From positions 1 to 48,686 of IMG/VR virus record IMGVR_UViG_3300044500_000142: 48,686 bases of DNA; one strand, 5' to 3'. Below are positions 8,895-18,220 of this stretch, in pieces (positions within the stretch are counted from its first letter, which is position 1; each line of letters begins with the position of its first letter). The translations under genes and the position numbers were made by a program. The stretch comes from a virus (Duplodnaviria; Caudoviricetes). The notes beneath the pieces were generated by a model. The model was given only the letters and a program-made list of their open reading frames with translations, was not told where the DNA came from and did no database searches.

Positions 8895-10643
8895 CTAGAG
8901 CGGCGACGCGCTGCCGTTCTCGATCCAGAACCATGCGAGCCAGTCGGCCTTCGGGCCCGGCTCCCGCTTGTCGGTCGCGCAGCAGAGGATCGCGGTGTCG
9001 ATCGCCCCGTCGGCGACGAGCGCCTTCAGCAGCCGCAGCACCTTCGTCCGCTCCTGGCCGACGACGGCCTCGAAGCGGTCGAGGACCACGAGCTTCAGCC
9101 CGGAGAGCTGCGCGAGCGCCAGCGCCAGCGCTAGGCCTGCGCGTAGCTGCAACGAGTCCGACGCGAGCTCGGCGCGGCGCCCGCGGATGCGGATGTCCCA
9201 CCCAGGCGTCAGCGTCACGGCCTCGGTGTCGCCGAACAGGGACGCGACCGCGACCTTCAGCGGCCCTGCGAGGCGATCGCGGACCGCTGCCTCGTCCTCG
9301 ATCACGTCGGGCGCGCACGCGGCCTCGACCGCCTTCGCGTCGGCGACCTTGCTCTCGTAGCCGGCGAGCGTGTCCGCGGCCGTCTTCTGCGCGGCTGCCG
9401 CCGCGTCGTAGGCGCGCCGCGCGTCCACGATCTTGCGCACGCGCTCGACGTCGGCCTTCGCCTGCTCCTCCGTCATCGCGGGCGCGTCGCCGGCGGCCCG
9501 CGCCTCCGGCAGCACGGCCTCGGCGCGCCGGCGCAGCGGCGCGAGCACTTCGGCCTCCTGCTCGTCGCGCGCCCGCTTCTTCTTGCGCAGGACGAGCGCC
9601 TTGCCGTCGGCGTCGTCCGCGGCCTTGCTCTCGCGCGTGTACGACTCCCGCGCCTCCTTCGCGCGCGCCTGCAACGCGTCGAGCGCCTTCTTCGCCGCGG
9701 CGCCCGACTCCTTGACGAGCGCGGTGCGGCAGAGCGGGCAGCACGGATCCTCGGCCCCGAGGATCGCCTTCAGCGCGCCGGCCTCATGGGACTTCTCGTT
9801 CGACGTCGCGAGCGCGGTGGCCGCCAGCTCGCGGGAGCCGTTGCGCTGCCGCTCGAGATCCGCGACCGCCTTCTCGTCGTCCGCGGTCCACGGGAGGACC
9901 TCGACCTTGGCGAGCGCGGCCTTCGCCTCCTCGATGTCCGCGCGCGCGTGGTCGAGCGCCGAGCCGGCGCCGGCGGCTCGGATCGTCGCCTCGAGCGCCT
10001 GCCGGCAGCGCGTGAGCACCTGCTCGGCGCCGAGGAGCGCGATCGTGGAGATCGGCTTCGGGCCCTTCGACGTCTGCACTTCCACGTCGATCGGCGCGGC
10101 CGCGGAGTCCTGCTTCGCCCTCTCGAGCCGGCGGTCGGCCTCTCGGCGCTCCTCCGTCGCGAGCCTGGCGGCGCGCCGCAGGTTTCCAGACTGCACGGCC
10201 TCGACGATGTCGCCGACGGCGCCGTGCTCGACGAGCTTCGACACGATCTCGGCCGTCGGGCGCGCGGTGAGAGACGCGACGAGCTCGCGCCGTTCCCCCG
10301 GCTTCAGGTCCTTCAGGAACCGCGGCGCGTCGAGGAGAGCGCGCAGCACGCGCGCGTCGCCTGGGAACTCCGCCTCGGTCGTGAGGCCCGAGCGCGTGCG
10401 GCGGACGTCCTTGCCATCGACGACGGCCTCGATCGTCCAGCCGTCGCAGCCGTCGCGCACCATCTCCTTGTTCTCCTTCACGTCGAGCCCGCGCGCGGTC
10501 CCCGTCTTCAGCGCGACGAGCGCGTCCACGAGCATCGTCTTCCCGGCCTCGTTGGGCCCCAGCAGCACGTTCACGGTCGAGAGCGAGAGGTCGGTGTCCT
10601 TGTGCGGACCGAAGTCGCGCACGCGCAGGCGAGAGAATCTCAC
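8895..10643 (-). CDS. SbcC/Rad50-like ABC-type ATPase
   Basis: RLRVRDFGPH...GPNEAGKT Walker A, long coiled coils with a central CPLC zinc hook, LVVLDRFE Walker B; the signature motif is degenerate. Confidence 0.85.
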   Translation of the reverse strand: MRFSRLRVRDFGPHKDTDLSLSTVNVLLGPNEAGKTMLVDALVALKTGTARGLDVKENKEMVRDGCDGWTIEAVVDGKDVRRTRSGLTTEAEFPGDARVLRALLDAPRFLKDLKPGERRELVASLTARPTAEIVSKLVEHGAVGDIVEAVQSGNLRRAARLATEERREADRRLERAKQDSAAAPIDVEVQTSKGPKPISTIALLGAEQVLTRCRQALEATIRAAGAGSALDHARADIEEAKAALAKVEVLPWTADDEKAVADLERQRNGSRELAATALATSNEKSHEAGALKAILGAEDPCCPLCRTALVKESGAAAKKALDALQARAKEARESYTRESKAADDADGKALVLRKKKRARDEQEAEVLAPLRRRAEAVLPEARAAGDAPAMTEEQAKADVERVRKIVDARRAYDAAAAAQKTAADTLAGYESKVADAKAVEAACAPDVIEDEAAVRDRLAGPLKVAVASLFGDTEAVTLTPGWDIRIRGRRAELASDSLQLRAGLALALALAQLSGLKLVVLDRFEAVVGQERTKVLRLLKALVADGAIDTAILCCATDKREPGPKADWLAWFWIENGSASPL

Positions 10644-10694
10644 GTGAGGCCCTCCTATGGGTGTCGATGGGTTCCCATCGGAACCCGTGGGTTG

Positions 10695-11654
10695 CTACAG
10701 GCTGCCCCACTCGCCTTCGGCGGCGGGCTTCTCGGGCTCGGTCTTCGCGGCGGGCGCCGGCTTCTCGACGGGCTTCGTCGCGGTCGTGGGCTTCGGGTCG
10801 GGCGCGGGCTTCTCGGCCTCCTTGGACTTCTCGACGGGCGGAGCGGTCATCCGCGCGGCGACGTCCTTGCCCTTCGCCGCCTTCGACTCGAGGCGGTCCT
10901 CCCGCTCGGCCGGGAACGCGGCGTCCGACGTGATCTCCTTGCGCTTGATGCGCCCGGCGATCTCGCGCAGGGGCCCGACGTGCTCGAGCGTGATGCCCTC
11001 GACGCCGTCGATCCCGAGCGCGTCGAAGATGCGCTGCGCCTTCACGCCGAGCCCGACGAACGTGCCCACGACGTCGGCCCGGGTGGTCGCCATGTCCTTG
11101 ATCTCGCCGGCGGCGACCCGCATCGCGGTCCGGTACAGGTCGTCGATGAAGTGCTTGGGGACCACGCGGAAGATGCCGTCGCGGTAGGCGAGCGAGACGG
11201 CCGCCTGGATCGTCACCCCGATCATGTCCTCGGTGAACCGACCGCTGCGGCCGGTGATCGAGCGAACGCGCGGCACGCGCACCGCGACGTTGCTCTCGAG
11301 GTCGTGCACTTCGACGAAGACCGTCACCCTGGTATCCGCGGCCTGCACGTCCTCGTTGCGCACGTTGACGCGCAGGTTGCCCCAGCAGTTTGCGGCGATC
11401 TCGGCGAGGCGGACCGACGGCCCGATCAGCGTCTTGCCCCCTCGCTCGGTGGAATACCCGCACTTCACGGCCAGCGCCGGGTCCTCGCCGATCATCGTGC
11501 ACGCGCGCTGAAGGAACGTCGTCACGTCGCGCGGGAAGCGGTGGGCGGTCGCGATCTGCGTGTCCACCGCGGCCCGCTCCATCGCCATCAGCGCGGTCGG
11601 GGGCAGGTACTCCACCTGCGGCTCGGCCCGGTCGTGCTTGGTTCGCTCGTTCAT
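10695..11654 (-). CDS. Putative DNA single-strand annealing / recombination protein
   Basis: ATG at 11654 overlaps the exonuclease stop. AAVDTQIATAHRFPRD...GPSVRLAE...WGN motif is common in phage recombination modules. Function is inferred from synteny. Confidence 0.55.
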   Translation of the reverse strand: MNERTKHDRAEPQVEYLPPTALMAMERAAVDTQIATAHRFPRDVTTFLQRACTMIGEDPALAVKCGYSTERGGKTLIGPSVRLAEIAANCWGNLRVNVRNEDVQAADTRVTVFVEVHDLESNVAVRVPRVRSITGRSGRFTEDMIGVTIQAAVSLAYRDGIFRVVPKHFIDDLYRTAMRVAAGEIKDMATTRADVVGTFVGLGVKAQRIFDALGIDGVEGITLEHVGPLREIAGRIKRKEITSDAAFPAEREDRLESKAAKGKDVAARMTAPPVEKSKEAEKPAPDPKPTTATKPVEKPAPAAKTEPEKPAAEGEWGSL

Positions 11655-12499
11655 CGCTGGTTCTCCCGCCGCAGGGCCCACTCGGGGGCGCGGCCGACGC
11701 TGACGCCTTGGAAGTCCTCGGCTGCCTTCTCCGGCCCGCCGTGGACGATGTCGGCGAGCGCGGTCACCCCGCGCCGCCAGATCGAGTAGGCCGCCTTGTC
11801 CGTGTCCTCGTCGATCGCGACGACGTTCACGCACCACGGGGGCGCGCTCTGGATTGCCACGAGCACGAACTGCTGCACGTCTACGCCGAGCTGCGAGGCC
11901 CCCTCGGTGTAGTGGACGGCGCCGACGCAGTACCGGGGCCACGCAACGCGCATGAACGCCTCGGTCGTCGGGTCTACGGTCGTCTTCCAGTCGATCATCA
12001 GCCCTTGCTTGGGCCGCACGAGGTCGGGCCGGAAGCGGAGCGGGATCTCGAGGTCGGGGTCGATCCAGACGCCCGTACGCTCGCGCCACGCCTCGACGTC
12101 GCGCAGGCATGGGCCGACGAGCGGGTGGTCGCGCAGCTTCTTCACGATCGCGACCGCGCCGACGAAGTCGCTCTCGCAGATCGGCGTCTTGCCGGCGTCG
12201 ATCACCTTCTTCCTCGAGTCGCGGACCGCGGCCGTGCGGCCGTCGCCGTCGATGAACGTGCCGTACGTCTTCCGGAACGCGTCCATGTCGGCGAGCGCCA
12301 GGTGAACGGCGGTCCCGAACGAGGCCGCCTCGCCGGGCTTCTCGTCCACGTCGCGGTCGGCGGTCACCTTCGCGGCCGGCCAGCCGTCGGCGAGCTCGAT
12401 GATCGGGCCCTTCGACCACGCCTCGAGCGCGAGGTAGGTCGGCATGTCCATCGTCGGGAACCAGCCGAACCCAGGAGCGGGAACCTTGACGCGCGCCAT
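11651..12499 (-). CDS. PD-(D/E)XK exonuclease, RecE/exonuclease VIII-like
   Basis: FGTAVHLAL, ERTGVWID, RFRPDL...MIDWKTT, QFVLVAIQSAPP; GGAGG RBS. Confidence 0.85.
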   Translation of the reverse strand: MARVKVPAPGFGWFPTMDMPTYLALEAWSKGPIIELADGWPAAKVTADRDVDEKPGEAASFGTAVHLALADMDAFRKTYGTFIDGDGRTAAVRDSRKKVIDAGKTPICESDFVGAVAIVKKLRDHPLVGPCLRDVEAWRERTGVWIDPDLEIPLRFRPDLVRPKQGLMIDWKTTVDPTTEAFMRVAWPRYCVGAVHYTEGASQLGVDVQQFVLVAIQSAPPWCVNVVAIDEDTDKAAYSIWRRGVTALADIVHGGPEKAAEDFQGVSVGRAPEWALRRENQR

Positions 12500-12525
12500 C
12501 GGGAAGCCTCCGAGGGGCGCGGGTT

Positions 12526-13458
12526 CTACTTCTGGGGGGGGACAGCCTCCCTCGGTCGGGGGAAAGGCAGCCTCGCCGCAGCGGCCATGCGGCTCGCCTC
12601 GTCGCGGCGGTCGTAGCCGGCCGTCGTCCTCGGGTCCGCGTGGCCGGCGAGCCGCTGCACCGACACGAGATCGGCGCCGGCGTCGAGCAGGTCGGAGACC
12701 CAGGTCCGCCGCAGGTCGTGCGGAGTGAAACCGGCGACGCGCGCGCGGCCGATCACCCTGCGCACCGCGTCGTAGATCGTCGAGGGGCGGATCCCGGCGC
12801 GCGACGCGAAGCCGCGCTCGTAGGCGGTCAGGAGCGGCCCCGACCAGGAGCCGCGGACGGCGACCCATGCCCGCAGCACGTCGAGCGCTGCCGCCGGGAC
12901 CGCGGTCGTGCGCGCCTTCCCGCCCTTCCCGTTGCGCACTTCGAGCCGGCCCGTCTCGACGTCGACGTCGGCGAGGTCGATCGACGTCGCCTCGGTCCGC
13001 CGGAGGCCGGCGCCGTACAGCAGCGCGAGGATCGCGGCGTCGCGCGGGCCCGCGGCCGCGAGCACGGCGCCGATGTCAGCGGCATTGACGCTGCGGCCGG
13101 CGAGCTTGCCCGAGAGCTTCACGCTCTCGATCGAGAGCACGCGCTCGCGTTGCTCCGCGTTCATCAGCCCGAGTCGGAACGCCTCGGTTGCCACGCCTCG
13201 GAGCGCGGATAGGTGCCGGTTCACGGTGCGCGGCGCGTAGCGCTCGACCATCCGGGCCCGGATCGCCGCTACGTGCTGGTAGCCGAGCAGGTGCCACGGC
13301 AGGTGCAGCGCGTCGAGCCGGCCATCGGAGAGCTCGACGGCGAGCGCCTCGAGCGCGCTGCGCTGGGCGCGTCTCGAGCCCGCGCGGAGACGCGCGAGGT
13401 AAACCGCAGCAGGATTTCGGTCTGCCGGCAGCGCGGTCGAGACGGCCAGCTCGTTCAC
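12526..13458 (-). CDS. Tyrosine recombinase (integrase/resolvase)
   Basis: RDAAILALLYGAGLRRTE, GKGGKAR, HDLRRT, LAGHADPRTTAGYD: full R-K-H-R-H-Y catalytic set. Confidence 0.95.
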   Translation of the reverse strand: MNELAVSTALPADRNPAAVYLARLRAGSRRAQRSALEALAVELSDGRLDALHLPWHLLGYQHVAAIRARMVERYAPRTVNRHLSALRGVATEAFRLGLMNAEQRERVLSIESVKLSGKLAGRSVNAADIGAVLAAAGPRDAAILALLYGAGLRRTEATSIDLADVDVETGRLEVRNGKGGKARTTAVPAAALDVLRAWVAVRGSWSGPLLTAYERGFASRAGIRPSTIYDAVRRVIGRARVAGFTPHDLRRTWVSDLLDAGADLVSVQRLAGHADPRTTAGYDRRDEASRMAAAARLPFPRPREAVPPQK

Positions 13459-13661
13459 GGGGCTTTCTTCGCCTCACGCATGAGCCAGTAGAGCTCGCGC
13501 CGCGCCTCGTGGAAACCGTAGCCGGCGCGCGCGTCCACGTGCAGCACGACGGGGTCGGCGACGACGCGGTCGAGCACCCATCGGCCCGCGTCCTCGGTGA
13601 CCAGGACGCAGCCGTGCCACACGGTCCGCGCCTTGTTGGTCAGGTAGGCGTCGATTCTCAC
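13455..13661 (-). CDS. Hypothetical protein (68 aa)
   Basis: GTG start in a GTGA overlap chain (VRIDAYLTNK...). Confidence 0.5.
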   Translation of the reverse strand: MRIDAYLTNKARTVWHGCVLVTEDAGRWVLDRVVADPVVLHVDARAGYGFHEARRELYWLMREAKKAP

Positions 13662-13912
13662 GACGGGAGCCCCGCGAAGAGCCGAGCCGCGCGGCGGATC
13701 TCCCGGTGGAAGTGTTGTCGCGCCTCGCGCATCGTCGCCGGCGGCCGCTCGGAGATCGGCGGATTCGGAAGCGGCAGCAGCTCGGCGATGCCGCGCCCCC
13801 ACGCGACGACGGGCGTCCGAAAGGTTCGCCCTCTTGCGGCTTCCACGAGCAGCGCCCGCGTGGCCCACGCGAGCTCGGCGCGTTGCTTGGGTGTAAGGCC
13901 GGGGTGCCTCAC
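13658..13912 (-). CDS. Hypothetical protein (84 aa)
   Basis: GTGA-coupled (VRHPGLTPKQRAELAW...). Confidence 0.45.
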   Translation of the reverse strand: MRHPGLTPKQRAELAWATRALLVEAARGRTFRTPVVAWGRGIAELLPLPNPPISERPPATMREARQHFHREIRRAARLFAGLPS

Positions 13913-14295
13913 GGCGCGGGGACGCCGCGCTCGTGGTCGCGGAAGCCCTTCCAGTAGGCTTCCGAAAGGACCATCGCGAGCTCTAGCGCGCGTTTGAAAT
14001 GCGCCGGCCCGGTGAACAGCCGGAAGCCCGCGCCGTCGGGGTCCATCACCCACGAGCCCGGGACGTCGTGGCCCGCGTCCGCCTGGCACGAGTAGCCGCG
14101 CGCGTCCATGTCGGCGGTTTGAACGTCGGCGAACAGGCCGGCAGCTTCACGAGGTAGGGGCACGCTGCGACTCCACGAGGATCCGGGCGAGAGCACGAGC
14201 GAGACGCCGGTAGGCGTCCCGCTCCCGGCAGGCGCGCGCCCACCACTTCGCGAACGTGATTCCGGCTTCCCGGTCGGTCATCCGCCGGCGGCGCG

Positions 14296-15066
14296 TCACG
14301 GCTTCACGCTCTCGGCAGCGAGCGCGAGCACGGCCGGCGGGAGCTTCTCCCGGTATCCGCACCACGAACCGCCCGACCACGAGAACCCGGCCGCCTTCAG
14401 CGCGTCGAGGATCTCCCGCTCGGGCTTCTCGCTGAAGGTGACGTTGACGTAGTCGGCGGCCCCTGCGATGAGGCAGCCGCCCGCGGCCTCGGCGGCGGCC
14501 GCGCGGCCCTGCCGGCGTCCGATCTCCTCGATGCGCTTGCGCAGCCGGCCGATGTTGCCGCCCAGGTTCGAGAGCGCGTAGCTCGGAAACGGCCTCTTCT
14601 CCCACGGGCAGATCCGCCGCAGCTTCGCGAACTCCTCGACCGCGGCGTCGCCGCACGCGGCCGCGAGCCCGGCGTCCCCGCCCTTTCGGTAGGCGGCGTT
14701 CGCGCTCTTCATCTTCTCGCGCTCGGCCTCAAGCCCGAGGATCCGCGCCTCGATCGCATCGACGGCGTCGGGGTCGTCGGAGAACACCGACCGCGCGAGC
14801 TGCTCCTCGAGGCCGGCCGCCTTGCTCGCGTGGTGCTTCGCCAGGTCGGCGGCTTCGCAGCCCCTCGACATGCTCGAATGGATCCGCTCGGCGTCACGGC
14901 GCGCGCGCTTCTCCGAATGGTGCCCCACGAGGATCGGCTGCCCCAGGGGGATCGAGTCGGCGAGCCGGTGCGCAGCGTCGAAAGCTCGCGTTGATCGCGC
15001 GAGCGCCGACGCCTCCCAATCGGCGCGCTTTTCGAGCTTGCGCTCCAACCGCTCGCGCCGCGTCAC
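14296..15066 (-). CDS. DUF3560-domain protein
   Basis: IPLGQPILVGHHSEKRARRD signature, SDDPDA, SYALSN..NI.R, FSEKPEREILDALKAAGFSWS. Confidence 0.85.
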   Translation of the reverse strand: MTRRERLERKLEKRADWEASALARSTRAFDAAHRLADSIPLGQPILVGHHSEKRARRDAERIHSSMSRGCEAADLAKHHASKAAGLEEQLARSVFSDDPDAVDAIEARILGLEAEREKMKSANAAYRKGGDAGLAAACGDAAVEEFAKLRRICPWEKRPFPSYALSNLGGNIGRLRKRIEEIGRRQGRAAAAEAAGGCLIAGAADYVNVTFSEKPEREILDALKAAGFSWSGGSWCGYREKLPPAVLALAAESVKP

Positions 15067-15413
15067 GTTCTCACCGGCGCAGTCTTCTCGGCGGCGAGCG
15101 CCTCGCGCAGCTCGGCGAGCGCCTCGGCCACCTTGTCCTCCGGGAACTCGCGGACGAAGTAGCGCGCGGGCCCCGTGCGCTCGTCGCCGAGCATGACCCA
15201 GCCGGCGTACACGGTCACTCCGCGCTCGTCCCCGTCGGACGCTTCGCCCACGAAGAACCCGCCGCGAAAGTAGCGCGGGGGGAGCACTTCGAGCCCGTCC
15301 CAATAGTGCTCCTGCGTGCTCTCGAACCACGTCGGGACGTCCCGATCGCGCTGCCGCCAGTTTGCTGCCGGGAACGGGAAGGCGTTCCCAAGCTGTACGA
15401 TTCTCGCGCCCAC
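15063..15413 (-). CDS. Hypothetical protein (116 aa)
   Basis: GTG with GGTGG RBS. EHYWDGLEVLPP...FFVGEA motif of a kind seen in small mobile-element proteins. Confidence 0.65.
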   Translation of the reverse strand: MGARIVQLGNAFPFPAANWRQRDRDVPTWFESTQEHYWDGLEVLPPRYFRGGFFVGEASDGDERGVTVYAGWVMLGDERTGPARYFVREFPEDKVAEALAELREALAAEKTAPVRT

Positions 15414-15440
15414 GGTTCACCACCTTTCGAATGAGAGGGA

Positions 15441-15478
15441 AGGAAATGGGGCGGGGGGATTGGAGTCGGCCCCGCCCC
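15441..15478 (-). terminator. Probable terminator or attenuator hairpin within the early operon
   Basis: GGGGCGGGG / CCCCGCCCC stem in an intergenic gap, followed on the minus strand by ATTTCCTT. Confidence 0.55.
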
Positions 15479-15486
15479 TGCGGCTA

Positions 15487-15879
15487 TCAAAGCTGCGGCC
15501 CTCCTTCCTGCGGGGTGACCCTGCGGTTTGCAGCGGCCACGAGGTCCCGCGCGAAAATCTCGACGTCTGGCGGCGACCCGACGTAGGGCATTCCGGTCAG
15601 CAGCACCGAGCGGTCGAGCGCGTCGGCCACGAGCACCGCGCCCGGGCCCACGGCCACGACGAACGGCGGCAGGTACAACCGCGGCTCCTCGGCGGCCGCC
15701 TCGCCGAACGTCCAGCGGCCCACGCGGGCCCCAGCTCGCCCGTAGACCGGGCCCGTCGAATGGTTCGGCATCGACGTCACGACATGGGCTCGCACGCTCG
15801 CGAGCGCCTCGCCGATGCGCTGCCGCTGGGCCAGCTCGGACAGAGCCTCGTTCGTGTCAATCACAAGGCAGAATCTCAC
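15487..15879 (-). CDS. Hypothetical protein (130 aa)
   Basis: GGAGG RBS, GTG start. Confidence 0.6.
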   Translation of the reverse strand: MRFCLVIDTNEALSELAQRQRIGEALASVRAHVVTSMPNHSTGPVYGRAGARVGRWTFGEAAAEEPRLYLPPFVVAVGPGAVLVADALDRSVLLTGMPYVGSPPDVEIFARDLVAAANRRVTPQEGGPQL

Positions 15880-15883
15880 GCGG

Positions 15884-16180
15884 CTACCCTCCGATCTCGA
15901 CGGCCAGCGCCCACGCCGCGGGCCGTTCCTGGGTGAATCCGAAGATGCTGCCGCCGTCGTGGTAGCGGCCGTCCGAGCCCATGCGAAACCCGCGGACGAC
16001 GTACCCGCGGTCCGCCGGCGACTCGAACCGCGCGCGCTCGGCCTCGGCCGCCATCACGTCGCAGAGGGGGACCCGCATCGACGGCGGCGCCCAGACGAGC
16101 CGGTCTCCCGGCTGCGTGTCGGGGCAGCCGCGGTCGTACGGCGAGAACGTGACGGCGACCAGCTCGGCAGGGGGCTTCAT
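15884..16180 (-). CDS. Hypothetical protein (98 aa)
   Basis: ATG at 16180 coupled to the upstream stop (MKPPAELVAV...). Confidence 0.55.
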   Translation of the reverse strand: MKPPAELVAVTFSPYDRGCPDTQPGDRLVWAPPSMRVPLCDVMAAEAERARFESPADRGYVVRGFRMGSDGRYHDGGSIFGFTQERPAAWALAVEIGG

Positions 16181-16344
16181 GCAAGCCTCACGACGCGGAA
16201 CGAATAGCCGGGGTCGTCGGCCCGGTGCCCGATGGACTCCGCGGCCAGCTCTCGGGCTTCGGCCTCCGACGTCGCGTGGACCGTGAGGCGGCCGCGCTCC
16301 GAGGTCTCCCCCGGCCCGGTGACGAAGACGTGGTACAGGCTCAT
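16177..16344 (-). CDS. Hypothetical protein (55 aa), absent from the ORF track
   Basis: MSLYHVFVTG...VHATSEAEARELAAE; ATGA overlaps at both ends. Confidence 0.6.
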   Translation of the reverse strand: MSLYHVFVTGPGETSERGRLTVHATSEAEARELAAESIGHRADDPGYSFRVVRLA

Positions 16345-17003
16345 CGCTCGTCGCTCCCCGCTTCGTCGTCCTCGTCGGGCGGGTCCTCGCCGAGCGAAGG
16401 GATTTCAGGATTGCCGGCGTCGTCGCACGCGTGCAGGCACTCGCTTTCGAGGTACCACTCATCGCACGTGGGACACCAGACGCCCGACACCACGCCAGGC
16501 GTCCCGTCCTCTTCCCAATCGACTGATTCGGGCTCGCTCTCCTCGCATTCGAGGTAATCGCCCGCGCCGGCCACGCCCGTGATCTTGAAATCTGCGGGCC
16601 GGCGGAGCTGTAGATCCTTCTCGTGCCCCTTCGGGCAGCAGGCGGCCCACCGGCGGGCCGCCGGGGCCCGCTTGCAATGCGGGCACGGGCAGGCGGCGTC
16701 GTGCTGCGCGGGCTCGTTCCAGCGCGGATGCCAACGATGCGCGTCGGCCCCTTTCCGCGCGCACGTGCTCCGCAGCGCGGGCCGCTTGGGGTCGTCGCTG
16801 CCGCACTCCGGGCACCGCGCGGGCACGGGCTTCGGCGCGAGCTTCTCGCGTCGCACGCGTGCCGGCTCTTCGCTCGGCAGCGGGAACCCGGTAGCCGCGA
16901 GCGCCCTCGCAATCGCTTCGAGGTCGTCGGCGCCCGACCATTCGGGCTTTGAGAGGATCTCCACGATGGCGCGGACGGCTCGCGTTGCACTCGGTCGGGA
17001 CAT
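16341..17003 (-). CDS. Cys-rich putative multi-zinc-finger protein
   Basis: CPEC, CPCPHC, CCPKGH, CPTC, CLHAC motifs; acidic C-terminus. Confidence 0.6.
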   Translation of the reverse strand: MSRPSATRAVRAIVEILSKPEWSGADDLEAIARALAATGFPLPSEEPARVRREKLAPKPVPARCPECGSDDPKRPALRSTCARKGADAHRWHPRWNEPAQHDAACPCPHCKRAPAARRWAACCPKGHEKDLQLRRPADFKITGVAGAGDYLECEESEPESVDWEEDGTPGVVSGVWCPTCDEWYLESECLHACDDAGNPEIPSLGEDPPDEDDEAGSDER

Positions 17004-17470
17004 CAGACGGCCCCCCAGAACTGCGCCTCGTTGTGCCTCACCACTTCGCCGTCGGGCTTGACGGCGGCGACCGCCAACGCGTCGCCCCCGGCCTCGTGGA
17101 ACGTGACCAAGATCCGGTCGGGCATCCCGTGCCGGCCAGCGCGCTCGCGAGCTTCAGCTACCGCGGCGTCGCGCGTCGCGTGCACGCTCGGCGGGCATCC
17201 GCCGCCGGTCACCCAGAAGGAGCCGTCGTCCCCGCGCGCGGCGTCCACGGTGAAACTCGGCGCCGCTCCGCCTCCGCCCACGTACTGCCGGCCGTCGATG
17301 AGCGCCTCTTCGACGTCTCGAAGCTCTCCGGTCTCGCGCATCCCGTCGTTCTCGACTCGAAACTCTGCCCACGTGCAGACCGTGATCTCGTCCCCTCCGA
17401 GCACCGCGCGCACCATCCGCGCGTCGGGGAAGAACCGTTCGGCCACGGCGTCCGTGTCGCGCGCGTTCAT
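17003..17470 (-). CDS. Hypothetical protein (155 aa)
   Basis: ATG at 17470 with AAGGGA RBS (MNARDTDAVAERFF...). Confidence 0.65.
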   Translation of the reverse strand: MNARDTDAVAERFFPDARMVRAVLGGDEITVCTWAEFRVENDGMRETGELRDVEEALIDGRQYVGGGGAAPSFTVDAARGDDGSFWVTGGGCPPSVHATRDAAVAEARERAGRHGMPDRILVTFHEAGGDALAVAAVKPDGEVVRHNEAQFWGAV

Positions 17471-17580
17471 CGTGTTCCCTTTCCGGGCAGGACGCCGATA
17501 GCGCGCCCTGCCCATGCGACGAGCGCCAACGCTGCGACCGTCGCAGCGACGAGCGCCCAGAGGATTCGGCCTCTGCGCAT
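17467..17580 (-). CDS. Small single-pass membrane peptide (37 aa), absent from the ORF track
   Basis: MRRGRILWALVAATVAALALVAWAGRAIGVLPGKGTR exactly fills the gap, with an ATGA overlap. Confidence 0.5.
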   Translation of the reverse strand: MRRGRILWALVAATVAALALVAWAGRAIGVLPGKGTR

Positions 17581-17583
17581 CGG

Positions 17584-18015
17584 TCAGATGACCCCGACGC
17601 GCAGAAGGTAGGACTTGACCCCGTGCGGGCACGTGCCGTCCGGCTCGATCGAGCATCCTTCCGGGCACGATTCGTCGTCATAGCCTTGCTGGTCGATGCG
17701 CTCGGCCCTTCGTAGGTCGAGAGCTTCGCGCAGCCACTCTGCGTCGCGCGGCGGCTCGCCCGGACGCCAGATCGAGCCCGTGGCCAGCGAGTGCCCAGCG
17801 TCCACGAGAGACCGGAAGAGCCCAACGAGACCGATGCGCTCGGCGGTCGCCCGGTGCTCTTCCTTCAGGCTGGAACGCGGCACCGCTGCCCACTTCCCGC
17901 CCTTCTGCGACTTGCGGCGGATGCCCGCGCCGTCGTCGCGAATGCAGTAGAGCCTTGAGACCTTCCCGTCGGACGTCCAAAGCGTGAACGTCTCGCCCGT
18001 TCCCTTGCGTGCCAT
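17584..18015 (-). CDS. First gene of the early operon, with a C-terminal small metal-binding motif
   Basis: ATG at 18015 with GAGG RBS; ends CPEGCSIEPDGTCPHGVKSYLL. Confidence 0.7.
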   Translation of the reverse strand: MARKGTGETFTLWTSDGKVSRLYCIRDDGAGIRRKSQKGGKWAAVPRSSLKEEHRATAERIGLVGLFRSLVDAGHSLATGSIWRPGEPPRDAEWLREALDLRRAERIDQQGYDDESCPEGCSIEPDGTCPHGVKSYLLRVGVI

Positions 18016-18092
18016 CGGTGGCCCTCGCTCATGCGTCCGACTTCCCGGGACGCTGGGGGCGGTCGTCGGATGCCCGACCGCTGGCACCCGGA

Positions 18093-18121
18093 ACCATAGC
18101 ACCTACCGTGCCCGGACGCAA
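18093..18121 (-). promoter_or_regulatory. Sigma70-type leftward early promoter
   Basis: Minus strand TTGCGT-17 nt-TATGGT with extended TGn, ~80 nt upstream of the early operon. Confidence 0.65.
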
Positions 18122-18220
18122 CCCACGTAGTTACGCATCCACCGAGCCTGGTTCGTCCATTCCCAAGGACAGTGACCTTTCAAAGGTCCACCGAAATCAC
18201 CCAAGCACGCCCCGTGCCTC

